From positions 12,196-76,195 of the IMG/VR virus record IMGVR_UViG_3300034816_000006: 64,000 nt of DNA. The stretch is one strand, 5' to 3'. Below, piece after piece: positions 9,682 through 19,144 of the stretch. A program made the position numbers and the translations under genes. The notes under the pieces were generated by a model. That model saw only the letters and a list, made by a program, of their open reading frames with translations, made no database searches and was not told where the DNA came from. Positions within the stretch are counted from its first letter, which is position 1. Every line of letters begins with the position of its first letter. The stretch comes from a virus.

Positions 9682-10785
9682 GGCTTCCCCTCCAGCGCCG
9701 CGTCGCAATCCTTCGCGCTCCGGCACTCCCACTCGTCGCCGTATACGTCGCGCTGCATAAGCGTCCGTGCGCGCCGCCGGTTGCAAATGCGGCAGACGGC
9801 GGTCCTGTGCGACCTGGGCTTCATGGTGGACCTTGACGGCTTCACTTCGGCCACCTCAACGCCTCCTTCCCCTTCGCCCATTTCGCGCCGCGCCAACGCC
9901 CGAGTCCAAGCGCCTTGCACGTGTCACACAGCGGGCAGATGTCGCCGAACTCGCACGTGCACTCGCCACCATCCGAGATTGATATCCACAACAAGCGGAC
10001 CAGGGCGCGACGCAGCGCAGCGATCTGCTCGGCGGTTGACATCACGCGCCGGGCGATCGCGGCTCGCCGCTTGTTGTGCACGCGCGACTTGGGCGTGATG
10101 CCGAATGCGAGGGTCGGGTCGGAGGGCTTCACCTGCGCGGCCTCCGGTTCGTGGCGCGTGACCCGGCCGGCAGCACGGTGCGGACCGCGCCATCCAGCGA
10201 CACCACGAGCAAGCGTCCGCTCTGCGTGCGGTAGATCGGATCCTCGCCGGGCGGTTGCTCGTACAGTACGGCACCGCGCATCTCTCGGAACAGGTCACTG
10301 CGCGCGGCCTCCCATGACCAGCCCTGGCGGTGGCGCTCGATGTACCGCTCGATCGCGTGGTTCGTCAGCGAGGTCGGCTTGCTCACGCCATCCCCCAGCC
10401 TTCGCTATCCGCGCCCACTAGCTCCAGCAGAAACCCGTCCGCGACGTGACCACGACCATGCGCCATGTGGAACTCGGCGATCCAGCAGACGATCGCCCAG
10501 CGTGGAGTGGGCGGTCGGCGCGGTGGTTCGATGCGGATGGCTGCCATGGTCACGACTCTCCTCGCGGTCCGACCGGGTCCGTAGCGAGGCCAGACTCCAC
10601 GCGAATGATCCACTCCTTGACCACTCCGACCATGTCGCCCTGGTTGCAGTTCGAGATGTACGCGCAGTTGCCGCGATCGCCGAACTCGAACACGAAAACG
10701 GTCAGGCCGACACGCGGGCCGAGCTTGTGAATCGCATAACCGATCAGTTCGCGTGACAGCCGTTCCAGTACTCGTCGAGAGATCA
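9678..10785 (-). CDS. Cluster of small hypothetical early genes (e.g. 9842-10132, 10129-10386, 10550-10785)
   Basis: Coupled minus-strand ORFs, several with CxxC motifs. Confidence 0.5.
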
Positions 10786-11256
10786 TGTCGACCACTCCTC
10801 GTGCTCCAGCAGTTGCCCCTCGCGTCCCACCACGTACAGCGCGCGCAACTTCCCGGCCCGCAGCGCATTGAGTGCCATGCGGATCGTGGCCCACGTCCCG
10901 CCGCGCGGCTGTGGCTCGTTCTCGAACGGTGCCGCGATCATGATGTGCGAGATGGCGACGATGGCGGCGTTGCGCTTCATGTGGGACGCGCGGTCGTGCC
11001 GGAAGTCGCCGAAGCATCCAGCGGACAGATCACCAAGCGGTCCAGGATGAATCGCGATGTCAGCCGCATCCCGCAGGGCGACACGCACGATGCGGTGGAA
11101 TTCTGCATCTGCCCCGACGCAGTCACCGTGATGCGCCAGGACGCGACGCAGATCGCTCGGCTTGTTGGTCATCACCAGGAAGGAGACCATATTTGACTGG
11201 TCGGCCGACATGCCATGTCGAGTTCCCGTGAATCCCATATGGAACGGTTCGGCCAT
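10783..11256 (-). CDS. SLOG superfamily (YspA/DprA-like) nucleotide-binding protein
   Basis: GFTGTR, HHGDCVGAD, KRNAAIV and GGTWATIRMA motifs. Confidence 0.75.
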   Translation of the reverse strand: MAEPFHMGFTGTRHGMSADQSNMVSFLVMTNKPSDLRRVLAHHGDCVGADAEFHRIVRVALRDAADIAIHPGPLGDLSAGCFGDFRHDRASHMKRNAAIVAISHIMIAAPFENEPQPRGGTWATIRMALNALRAGKLRALYVVGREGQLLEHEEWST

Positions 11257-11420
11257 CTACGCTCTCCACGGCGACTTGTATTTTGCGAAAAGTTCGTGCA
11301 TCTCGAGCTCTGACATCACGAGCACAGGAGAGTGGCCAACGAGAATTTCTAGCGACCTCAGCCACAACAAGCAGAGATGAAAATCGAACCTCGACGGCAC
11401 GATGGGATGCGTTCTCGTGT

Positions 11421-11783
11421 TCACGTCTTCCTCCTGTACTTCGCTTGCTCGCCCTTCGCCCTCGTCCGCTCGACGCGCCCCGTCTCGATCAGTCGCCGCA
11501 ACGCGCGGTGCAGCGTGCGCTCGCGGATCCCAGGAACCAATGCCCTGACCTCGGCGCCGGTCATCGGCTCGGTTAGCCGCTCGCACGCGGCATCGCAGAC
11601 TCGCGCGAACAGCTTCGCCTTGTGGCTGCCCATGCCGCGCGGAACGGTTCCCGGTCGCAGGCGACGCCAATGCCTGTAGATGACTGGCATCGACACGTCG
11701 AAGCGGTGCGCGACGTCAGCAACGGACAGGTTCGGGTCGGCATCGAGCATGGCGATCGCGGAAGCGGCGAGCTGGTCGGTCAT
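11421..11783 (-). CDS. Double HTH/winged-helix DNA-binding protein
   Basis: LSVADVAHRFDVSMPVIYRHW and MTGAEV...ERTLHRALRRLIETGRVER. Confidence 0.65.
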   Translation of the reverse strand: MTDQLAASAIAMLDADPNLSVADVAHRFDVSMPVIYRHWRRLRPGTVPRGMGSHKAKLFARVCDAACERLTEPMTGAEVRALVPGIRERTLHRALRRLIETGRVERTRAKGEQAKYRRKT

Positions 11784-12006
11784 CGCTTAGCCTTCCCTCG
11801 CTTCGCTGGCTTCTGGTCCGCCAACCATGCCGCTGCATCGAACAGCGCTTGCCCGATGCGCTCGGCGTCGGACGAGGTGAGCGGATTTCCGGTAGCGTTC
11901 GCGAGATCCTCGGGCAAGACGAGCCAGGCGCCGTCGAGGTCGACGACGATCTTCATCTTGCGGCCATCTTGCAACTCGACGGACCAGGAGCGATCGCGTG
12001 AGTCGC

Positions 12007-12492
12007 TCATCGCTTCAGCTCCGACAGCCGCGCCGCGACCATCATCGTCTCGGGCAATGCGGTTGCGCATGTCCCACAGGACTGCAGGTGCTCGCGGAAC
12101 GCCTCGGCGCGGTCTGTGGGTAGTTCGCCGTCAGCGAAGGCGACGAGGTCGGAACAAGTGGTGGATGCCGGTCGCGCGTAGGACCGTACCGCATCGACCG
12201 CAGATTCCAGGCAGTCGTTCCAGCCCTCGCAATACGCGCTCGAGATGCCCTGCTGCTTGTAGCCTTCGACTGTCCACTCGCGTTCTCCGACGTCCGCGAC
12301 CTTGCCCGCGATTGACTCGCGCGTCTTCGTCTCCATCGCCTCGAGCGCGGTGGCCATCTTGGATGCGAACCCGGCGCTCAGGTCCGCGATGGTGGACTCG
12401 AGCGAGGCGATGCGCTCCTCGAGACCGGCGGAGCGGAGGCGCTCGGCGCGGAGTTGATCGGCGAACTTGTCGCACACGTCCTGGTAGCTCAT
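12007..12492 (-). CDS. Coiled-coil protein with C-terminal zf-HC2 (anti-sigma ZAS) zinc finger
   Basis: CSDLVAFADGELPTDRAEAFREHLQSCGTC matches the HxxxCxxC ZAS motif with DGEL. Confidence 0.7.
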   Translation of the reverse strand: MSYQDVCDKFADQLRAERLRSAGLEERIASLESTIADLSAGFASKMATALEAMETKTRESIAGKVADVGEREWTVEGYKQQGISSAYCEGWNDCLESAVDAVRSYARPASTTCSDLVAFADGELPTDRAEAFREHLQSCGTCATALPETMMVAARLSELKR

Positions 12493-13082
12493 GGCGCACT
12501 CCACGGCTGCGGCTGCATGTCGGCGGGGATGCGGTGCTTGCCGCGCGCAAGCGGGTGCTTCGGGTGTCCGGCCTTCGTCGTGCCGAGGTTGTGCGTCTTG
12601 ATGCCAGCGGTCCGCAGCATGCCGAGCACGGCGCGATCGCGGCTGTCCAGCGCACCATCGTTGCCCCACGCCGTTACGACCACCGTCGCCATCGAGCACG
12701 CGAGCATGATCGCCTGATTGTTGATGACGTCGTCGCCGCGCTCGCCGACCGCGCGCTTCTTGAGATCGGTCGGGTACGGCGACCGGAACGCGTGCTCGTT
12801 CACGACCCACGTGATGTCGTGGCCCCAGCGACGCGTGAACTTCACGCATTCGGTGACCGTCGGGTCTGGTTTGAATGCGTCTGCGTCGCTGGGGTTCAAC
12901 ATCAGAAAGCAGGCGATCTCGAGTGTTGGCGGCGACCATGGCGGGCCGAGCATCTGGAAGATGACGTCGCCTCCGATCTCGCGGGCGCGGTCGCTGACCA
13001 GGCGCAGCAGATGATAGCGCATCGTCATGTCATCGCTGAACTGCGCGAATCCTGCACGATCGTCGCTCCACTGATCAATCAT
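12489..13082 (-). CDS. DUF1643 family protein
   Basis: FLMLNPSDAD...DPT, VVTAWG and HPKHPL motifs. Confidence 0.85.
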   Translation of the reverse strand: MIDQWSDDRAGFAQFSDDMTMRYHLLRLVSDRAREIGGDVIFQMLGPPWSPPTLEIACFLMLNPSDADAFKPDPTVTECVKFTRRWGHDITWVVNEHAFRSPYPTDLKKRAVGERGDDVINNQAIMLACSMATVVVTAWGNDGALDSRDRAVLGMLRTAGIKTHNLGTTKAGHPKHPLARGKHRIPADMQPQPWSAP

Positions 13083-13098
13083 GTCTTGCTCCTCATCG

Positions 13099-13237
13099 TG
13101 GAGTCCGCCCGGCTCGAACGGGCATCACGCCTCGCGGCGTACGTTCTAGCAGCCGTCGCCACGCGTGCGGTGCTGTTGTCTCGAACCGTCGGAGCTGCAG
13201 GCATCCGACGAGCACTGTCCAATTGTGCTAGGACCCC
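13099..13237 (-). ncRNA. tRNA-like RNA (139 nt) with Ala identity, remodelled anticodon arm and large insert
   Basis: Acceptor GGGGTCC/GGACTCC-A; D arm GCAC-AATTGGACA-GTGC; T arm GCCCG-TTCGAGC-CGGGC; fills the intergenic gap between two CDSs. Confidence 0.75.
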
Positions 13238-13243
13238 GGACAT

Positions 13244-14413
13244 CTAGAACGGACTACTCTCCGCCGACCCGTTGGTCAGCTGCTTGGGTTCATCGGTCTC
13301 GGGTGCCACCACGTGCAATGTCGGCTCGTATTCCTCGATCGTCACGGTCTCCTTGCGAGCCATCTTGCCGAGCCGCTCGACCTCACCGAACACCGCTTTC
13401 TTGGTCGCTGCGAACTGGCCTCGCTTCACGAGCGGCTTAACGACGCGCTCGAACTGCGCCTGTGACGCAACCATCTCCACGACCTTGTCCGCTACGTCGC
13501 GGCCGAGTTCCGGCATCGCAGCGACGACGGCATGCACCGTTGGGCCGTCGTACTCGCGGTCGCCCAGTTTCGCATGTGGGCCGAACATGCGGCCGTTGCG
13601 AAGGGGAATTGGGCGCTCGGCCGCTCGAGCGTACAGCGCGGCGCTCAGTCGCGTCTGCACCGTCTTGATCCGCTGCAACAGGTCGTAGGCGTCGGCTGCA
13701 TCCTCGTCGTTACCGAACGGGATCATTGACTCGACGCGCATCGCGATCGCGCCACCGCCGGCCTCCTCGGCGAGACGCCTCTGCTCGGGACACGAGATGA
13801 ACGCGTGGCAATACTTGCAGTGCTTGCCCGTGACCAGTTCGCGCGAGGTCGATGTCATCATCTCGCGTAACCGCGCCGCGTGGACATCGAGGTCGAACAC
13901 ACACAACGTCGCCACGTCGGCCGGTTTCCACGACGCGCCGAGGTAGACGATTGCAACGGTGACCTCGTCACGACCCGAGGCGCGGGCAACCGCAAGTGCT
14001 CCGGTGGCAAGCTGCGGATTCAGCGCGGCCGACGTCACGTCTTCAAAACCCTTGTAGTCGACGACCAGCACGCGGTTCTCGCCGTATACGATGAGGTCGA
14101 TCGTCATCGGGATCTCGAACGGCCGCAGCCCGGAGTAGTCACGCCAGGCGATGTGGCCCAACGCGCGGGCCGTGTCGTCGCTGACGTCGTAGGCCATTGC
14201 GCATTCCGCGGCCATGACATCGCCCGGCTCCAGAAGCTTGCGAACCTGCCACGGCAGATCCTCGTGCGCACCAAGAACCGCGGCTGCCTCCGCATCCCCG
14301 TGTCGGTCGTTGCCAGCTTCGGCGTAGTCCGATCGGTAGTCGTGCTGCTCAAGGTGCGCCGAACCTGGGCAGGCGAGCACGCGCTCGACGGAGGATGCGG
14401 AGGGGCGGTTCAT
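13244..14413 (-). CDS. PD-(D/E)XK exonuclease (Cas4/RecB-like, DUF2800-type) of the recombination module
   Basis: SASS..R..ACPGS, IDLIV, VVDYK, QL and GKHCKYC..C motifs. Confidence 0.85.
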   Translation of the reverse strand: MNRPSASSVERVLACPGSAHLEQHDYRSDYAEAGNDRHGDAEAAAVLGAHEDLPWQVRKLLEPGDVMAAECAMAYDVSDDTARALGHIAWRDYSGLRPFEIPMTIDLIVYGENRVLVVDYKGFEDVTSAALNPQLATGALAVARASGRDEVTVAIVYLGASWKPADVATLCVFDLDVHAARLREMMTSTSRELVTGKHCKYCHAFISCPEQRRLAEEAGGGAIAMRVESMIPFGNDEDAADAYDLLQRIKTVQTRLSAALYARAAERPIPLRNGRMFGPHAKLGDREYDGPTVHAVVAAMPELGRDVADKVVEMVASQAQFERVVKPLVKRGQFAATKKAVFGEVERLGKMARKETVTIEEYEPTLHVVAPETDEPKQLTNGSAESSPF

Positions 14414-14837
14414 GGCTCAAACACCTGGAGTTCGTAGTCGTCATCGACGACACGAAAGAACTCCGACGCACGCGACCCGCTCAGCTTCTTGTTGAGCGCC
14501 TCGCACATGATGTCGGCCCAGCGCTGGCTGGTAATCTCGCTCGCCACCAGTGTGTCGTCGTGGCCTGGACCCTCACGGTTGAAGTTGTCAACGCACACGA
14601 TCTTCACGGTCTTAGTTCCGTTTCCTCGATGCGCGCCTTGGGGCCATCGTCGTGCGAGTCAACGTAGCGAACCCAGCCGACCGAGCGACCGTAGTCGCGC
14701 TCCGTCCAGACGTAGCCATAGTCGGCGTAGAGCGCCTTGAATTCCTCGACTTGCCGATCGGCACCTTCGCGTGTCGAGTGCACGGTGATCATGTCGTTGA
14801 CATGACGGTCGTGGCAGATGACGACGTAGACCTTCAC
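14410..14837 (-). CDS. Two small hypothetical proteins (14410-14607, 14604-14837)
   Basis: Coupled ORFs between the exonuclease and the SSAP. Confidence 0.6.
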
Positions 14838-15691
14838 GCTGTCTCACCCGTGCCTGTGTCGGACGAGTCGACGGAGCTCGTTGGCGTCGTCGCTGCGACC
14901 GACGACGAATCGCCTGATGTAGGGCGTTTCTTGATCTCCGCGACCCGTGCCTTGTACTTGGCATTGATCGCCTCGTAGGCCGGGTGACCAGGGCGCAGGC
15001 CGCGCTTCGCGAAGCGACCGGCGATCTCCCTGCATGACTCGATCGTCTGAGCGTTTTCGAGCTGACCGATTTCCTCGTAGTCGGACGCGCTGAACGGCGG
15101 CGGCGTCGGCTGGGCATCGACAAACTCGGCGTCGATGGCGTCGACATGAACAGGACGCGGAGAATCGTCGCGCTCGCCGACCTCGTCGGCTGTGAACACC
15201 CCCGCAAGGATGTCCGAGTACACGTCGCGAGCGAGCTCCGACTTCGCGCGAGACGCCAGCATCGCCCGCGGGAACGTGCGCCAGTTGTCCTTCTGGTGCA
15301 GCGCGGCGACCTTGGCCATCTCGATGGTCCAGGTACACTTCTGCTCGGGTTCGCCGCGTCGCTTCGTCACATAGGTGACGCTCTTGTCTGTTCCCTCGCC
15401 GAGTCGACGGAAGTACTCGGCCTTGCCGCTGCCGAGTACAACCGCAACCATCGCATCCGCGCTCATCACGGGTTTGCCGTTGATGACCGAGAACGAGCGC
15501 AGCGAAGCCATCGGCGCGAGGCCCAGCTCCTGGCCCGCCATGATCTGCATCATGACCTCGGGAACCTTGTTGCGGAGCGCCTCGGGGAGCAACCCGGACT
15601 TGGCGATGCGCTCGGACAGTGTCACGACCTCATCGAGCGTACGGGGGGCGATGATCGCGGGCTGGCGAACCAGTGCGGTCTCGTCGCTCAT
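14834..15691 (-). CDS. RecT/Red-beta-like single-strand annealing protein
   Basis: GQELGLAPMASLRSFSVINGKP, W..FPRAML..RA motifs; adjacent to exonuclease and SSB. Confidence 0.8.
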   Translation of the reverse strand: MSDETALVRQPAIIAPRTLDEVVTLSERIAKSGLLPEALRNKVPEVMMQIMAGQELGLAPMASLRSFSVINGKPVMSADAMVAVVLGSGKAEYFRRLGEGTDKSVTYVTKRRGEPEQKCTWTIEMAKVAALHQKDNWRTFPRAMLASRAKSELARDVYSDILAGVFTADEVGERDDSPRPVHVDAIDAEFVDAQPTPPPFSASDYEEIGQLENAQTIESCREIAGRFAKRGLRPGHPAYEAINAKYKARVAEIKKRPTSGDSSSVAATTPTSSVDSSDTGTGETA

Positions 15692-16239
15692 CGCAGCACC
15701 TTCGCGATCGGCGTCAGGTCACGCGCGTTCGTGATGAACGGGATGTCATCTTCGCCCGGCGGCGGGATGTCATCCTGCGGCGGAGTTCCGCTGTCATCGT
15801 ACCCGGCGCCTTCGGCGAGCGCGGCACGCATGGCCTCGTCGGCCTCGTCGGCGCTCTGGCGGCTCGGCGCCTTGAGCGGCTTCGGTCCGCGACCGATGGA
15901 GTTCGCCTTGCCCCAGATCTGACCGGCCTTCTTGCCGGTCTTGATCTCGAGATGACGGATCTCGACGGTAGACTCGCCGCCAGTCGCCTTGATCCAGCCA
16001 TCGACGTCGCTGCGGAACGTTTCGAGACGCGTGCCTTTCCAGCCGACTGCGCGCGCAGACTGGGCGATGTACTTCGCGCTCTTGTTGTTGACGCGGTCCT
16101 CGTACGTGACCTTACGTCCGGTGTCGGGACCTTCGATGATCTGCACGTTGACACGTACGGTCATGATGTCCTTGTCGTCCGCTGCGGCCTCGCCGCCAAG
16201 CACCTTACACTTCCAGATTCCTTCTACGGGTTCACTCAT
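15688..16239 (-). CDS. ssDNA-binding protein (DUF669-like) with acidic DDIPF tail
   Basis: MSEPVEGIWKCKV...IIEGP..GRK; C-terminal DDIPPPGEDDIPF. Confidence 0.7.
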   Translation of the reverse strand: MSEPVEGIWKCKVLGGEAAADDKDIMTVRVNVQIIEGPDTGRKVTYEDRVNNKSAKYIAQSARAVGWKGTRLETFRSDVDGWIKATGGESTVEIRHLEIKTGKKAGQIWGKANSIGRGPKPLKAPSRQSADEADEAMRAALAEGAGYDDSGTPPQDDIPPPGEDDIPFITNARDLTPIAKVLR

Positions 16240-16272
16240 TGATAGTTCTCTCGTTGTGGGTTGAACGTTGCG

Positions 16273-16311
16273 TGCGCTGTCGCCGAGTCGAACGGCGGTT
16301 ACCCTCAGCGC
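16273..16311 (-). ncRNA. tRNA mini-helix-like element (acceptor stem plus T arm only)
   Basis: GCGCTG-a-gggtaac-CGCCG-TTCGACT-CGGCG-a-CAGCGC-A upstream of the SSB gene. Confidence 0.4.
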
Positions 16312-16444
16312 TGGATCGTCAGTCGCCTGGTCTTGCGGTCTCGCCGCAGCTGCCTCGCCGTCGCTGGCACCACCGGCTCCCACGCCGCAAGGTCGCAGAT
16401 GATGGCCGCAAGGACACAGGCCATGATGATCATGTCGGGCGAGA

Positions 16445-18228
16445 TCACGGCTCGCCCCCACGAGAAGTCGTCCCGGCTGCCGGTCTGGAGTCCGGCATAG
16501 GTGATCCACCCGTCGCGCTAGTCAGAGGGTAACGCGACGGCACAACCGGGACGGAAAACCGCTTGGGGCGCCGCCGCTCACGCACCTCGTCGACGATCAT
16601 CTCAATGGCGAGCTCGATCAGCTTCATGGCCAGAGCGCCAATCGCCATCAGGCCGATGACGACGAACGTCACTTGGTGGCCCCCAGCACCGCGTTGCAGC
16701 GCGCGATCTGCGCGGCGATGAACTGTGCACGCTCGACGCTTAGGCCGTTGATGCCGAGGCTGGCGAGCTCGTCGCGATACGCCGCGACCAGCGACAGCGC
16801 CTCGGCTGAGTGCGACGCAGCCAGAAACCGCTCGACCATGATGTCCGCGATCTCGTGCACGACTGCCGCGGTCGTGGTCTCCCCGGGACCGTTGGCCTCG
16901 ATGGCCCGGCGTGCTGCTGACTCGAGGCGAGCGGCATCGCTGGCAGCCTTCGATGCCCGTAGCTGCTGCAGCTCCAGCAACGCGCTCCGCACCGGAGGTG
17001 GCACGTCGGTCAGCCAGGCCTTGAGGTCGTCGTCGGACAGTCGCTCGTTCATGCCTCACCTCGATCCTTCGACATCTCGGCGCGCTCGGCCTCGAAGTCA
17101 TCGGCAATCCTGCGCTGCGCATCGGCAAGCTCCGCGTAGTACGAAGCGGTGAGCATGGCCGCCGCGAGTGTTGACACGGCGCGGACATCCGGTCCGATGG
17201 TGCCGAATTCGTCGCTATAGAGCTTGCGGGCCTCGGCGAGCGCAGCGGCCGCGCGATGAATGATCTCGTTGTTCATGGCTTCCTCGTGGGCTTCGTATCG
17301 GCCATCGACGACGGAGACGGGATGTCGAGCACTTCCGCCAGTGGCACACCGTCGATGCTCGGCACAGGCTCGAGCACGGCGAGCATGGCGCCCGTGGCCT
17401 CGTGGAGCCAGCGCAAGGACGCTTGGTCCAGGTCGACTAGGTCGTGCGTGACATAATGGTGCGCCTCCGGATCGAGCACTTGATCGGCATGCACCGTCTC
17501 CCAAGCCAACAGCATTCCCACGCTCGGTGAACTCTCCAGGCGCAGGCGTTCACCTGGCGCTCCGGTCGGAAAGATCCTGACGAAGCGCCTCACGACTCGA
17601 CCTCGGGATCGAAGCGCGAGTCATGCGGCGTGCCGTGGTCGGCGCTGCGCGTGACGGCGCACGTCGTCTCGTGGTCATCCTCGTCGCGAATGTCGGGTTC
17701 GGCGGCTCGCTGGGCCTCGTAGGCAGCCGCGGAGATGTCGGTTTGGTCAAGGTCGACAACTATGCCGTCCCCGAACATCTCCTGTGCCGCGACCTGCGTG
17801 GGCTCCTGACCGCAGCACGGCTGATTCGCCATCTGCGCCAGCAGCGCCTCGGCCGCGGCGTCGTTCTCGGCCGTCTCGGCGAGTTGCTCAGCGACCGGGC
17901 GCGAGATGTCCCAGTCCCAGCCGTCGCTGTGGTCGTTGGCGATCTCGGCCGCTAGCCAGCCCCCGTGCCAGGCGGCGAGGTCGACGAATGGCGAGGCCTC
18001 GTCGCCATCGAAGCCAGCGTCTTCCGCGTTGGTCATCCGCGCGAATCCGTCGGCCAGCAGTTCGGCGGCGATCGCCGCGGCCGCGATCTCGTGCTCGACC
18101 GCGAGCAAGGCGTCATTGGCGGGGCCGAGCGACAGCGTCTCGCCGCACGCCTGGCACTTCGCGTGCCTGACCGCTGGATGATGCCAGGCAGCTGTCTCGT
18201 GCTGGCATTGAGTCTTGCGCTTCGTCAT
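16445..18228 (-). CDS. Cluster of hypothetical early genes (16445-16672 TM, 16669-17052, 17049-17276, 17273-17593, 17590-18228)
   Basis: Coupled minus-strand ORFs. Confidence 0.55.
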
Positions 18229-18295
18229 TGTCTATCCTGTAGTCACTCTCTAGTGCGCCCACCAGATGTCACTCGGGTGAGCGCTGGTTCACGAC

Positions 18296-18478
18296 TCAGC
18301 AGATCAGTTGTGATGTGTCGCAGTCGCGACACGTGCAGGTACCGAATACACAAGTGATGCAGGTCAGCGGTTCGGCGACCGACGGCTTGGCGCCGCCGAC
18401 GACGACGCGGAACTCGGGTCCGTCGAGCATGCGGATGGTCTCGGCGTTGAGCCAGAGCTTGGTCTTGTGGCGCTTCAT
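18296..18478 (-). CDS. Lanthipeptide-like RiPP precursor peptide 1 (60 aa, double-Gly leader)
   Basis: MKRHKTKLWLNAETIRMLDGPEFRVVVGG|AKPSVAEPLTCITCVFGTCTCRDCDTSQLIC; AGGAG RBS upstream. Confidence 0.7.
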   Translation of the reverse strand: MKRHKTKLWLNAETIRMLDGPEFRVVVGGAKPSVAEPLTCITCVFGTCTCRDCDTSQLIC

Positions 18479-18488
18479 CTGGAGACTC

Positions 18489-18827
18489 CTAGGTAGACCC
18501 GCAGTGAACTTCGTCAACCACCACGCTGCCATCATCGGCCGTGTGATAGCGGACGTGGCAGTACAACGTCGCGTGGTGCGATCCGAATGAGACCGACACC
18601 TCGCACAGCATGCCGCCTGCCGCGTCGCCGCACGCGACGCGATCTACGGAATCAGGATGGTACTCCGCGCGCACATCGGCGACCGACGCGTTGCTCGAGG
18701 CCGCAATCGGGTCGCCATCGCCGCCGCATGATGGAAAGCACGTCTCGGCTTGTGCAGTCGAGTCGACCTTGGGCTCCGTCACGCCGCATGCAGTCATCAG
18801 AACAATCATCGCAACAATCTTCTTCAT
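18489..18827 (-). CDS. Cys-rich lipoprotein
   Basis: MKKIVAMIVLMTA-C lipobox; six further Cys residues. Confidence 0.75.
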   Translation of the reverse strand: MKKIVAMIVLMTACGVTEPKVDSTAQAETCFPSCGGDGDPIAASSNASVADVRAEYHPDSVDRVACGDAAGGMLCEVSVSFGSHHATLYCHVRYHTADDGSVVVDEVHCGST

Positions 18828-18904
18828 CTCTCCGCTCTCCTTGAGGCGTCGATGCCTCGGTCACCGCGCAGCCACCACCTGCAACGCCGCCACCGAGAAA
18901 CCGA

Positions 18905-19144
18905 TCACTGCCGCTGCTTCTCTCCGAAGTGGCATACGTTCTTGTAGACTGCGTTGTAGTTCTCGATGATGCCGCCGCGCTCGTCGTAGTCACATGAGAG
19001 CGGCCTGAATCCGTCGTCGTAGCAACAGTTGACGGGCGGCGGCGTCGGGTTCAGGCGACCAGAGATGCCGAAGACCCGAGCTCCGATCGCGACGACAGCC
19101 GCGGCCACCAGCACGAAGATCGCCTCCTTGGTCACAGGCCTCAT
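18905..19144 (-). CDS. Small membrane-anchored Cys-containing protein
   Basis: N-terminal TM AIFVLVAAAVVAIGA; four Cys downstream. Confidence 0.6.
   Translation of the reverse strand: MRPVTKEAIFVLVAAAVVAIGARVFGISGRLNPTPPPVNCCYDDGFRPLSCDYDERGGIIENYNAVYKNVCHFGEKQRQ

Noticed and set aside
13099-13237. tmRNA or ordinary tRNA-Ala call
   Set aside because: Too short for tmRNA, with a true D stem and no tag reading frame. Too long for a canonical tRNA, with a 7-bp anticodon stem, no U33 and a ~63-nt insert.
11622-13247. 541-aa plus-strand ORF and similar long ORFs (45798-47495 minus, 55955-57364 minus, 903-1946 minus)
   Set aside because: Arg/Pro-rich antisense shadows of real genes, expected in high-GC DNA.
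13244-14413. Cas4 as part of a CRISPR system
   Set aside because: Context (RecT-like SSAP and SSB) indicates a phage recombination exonuclease.
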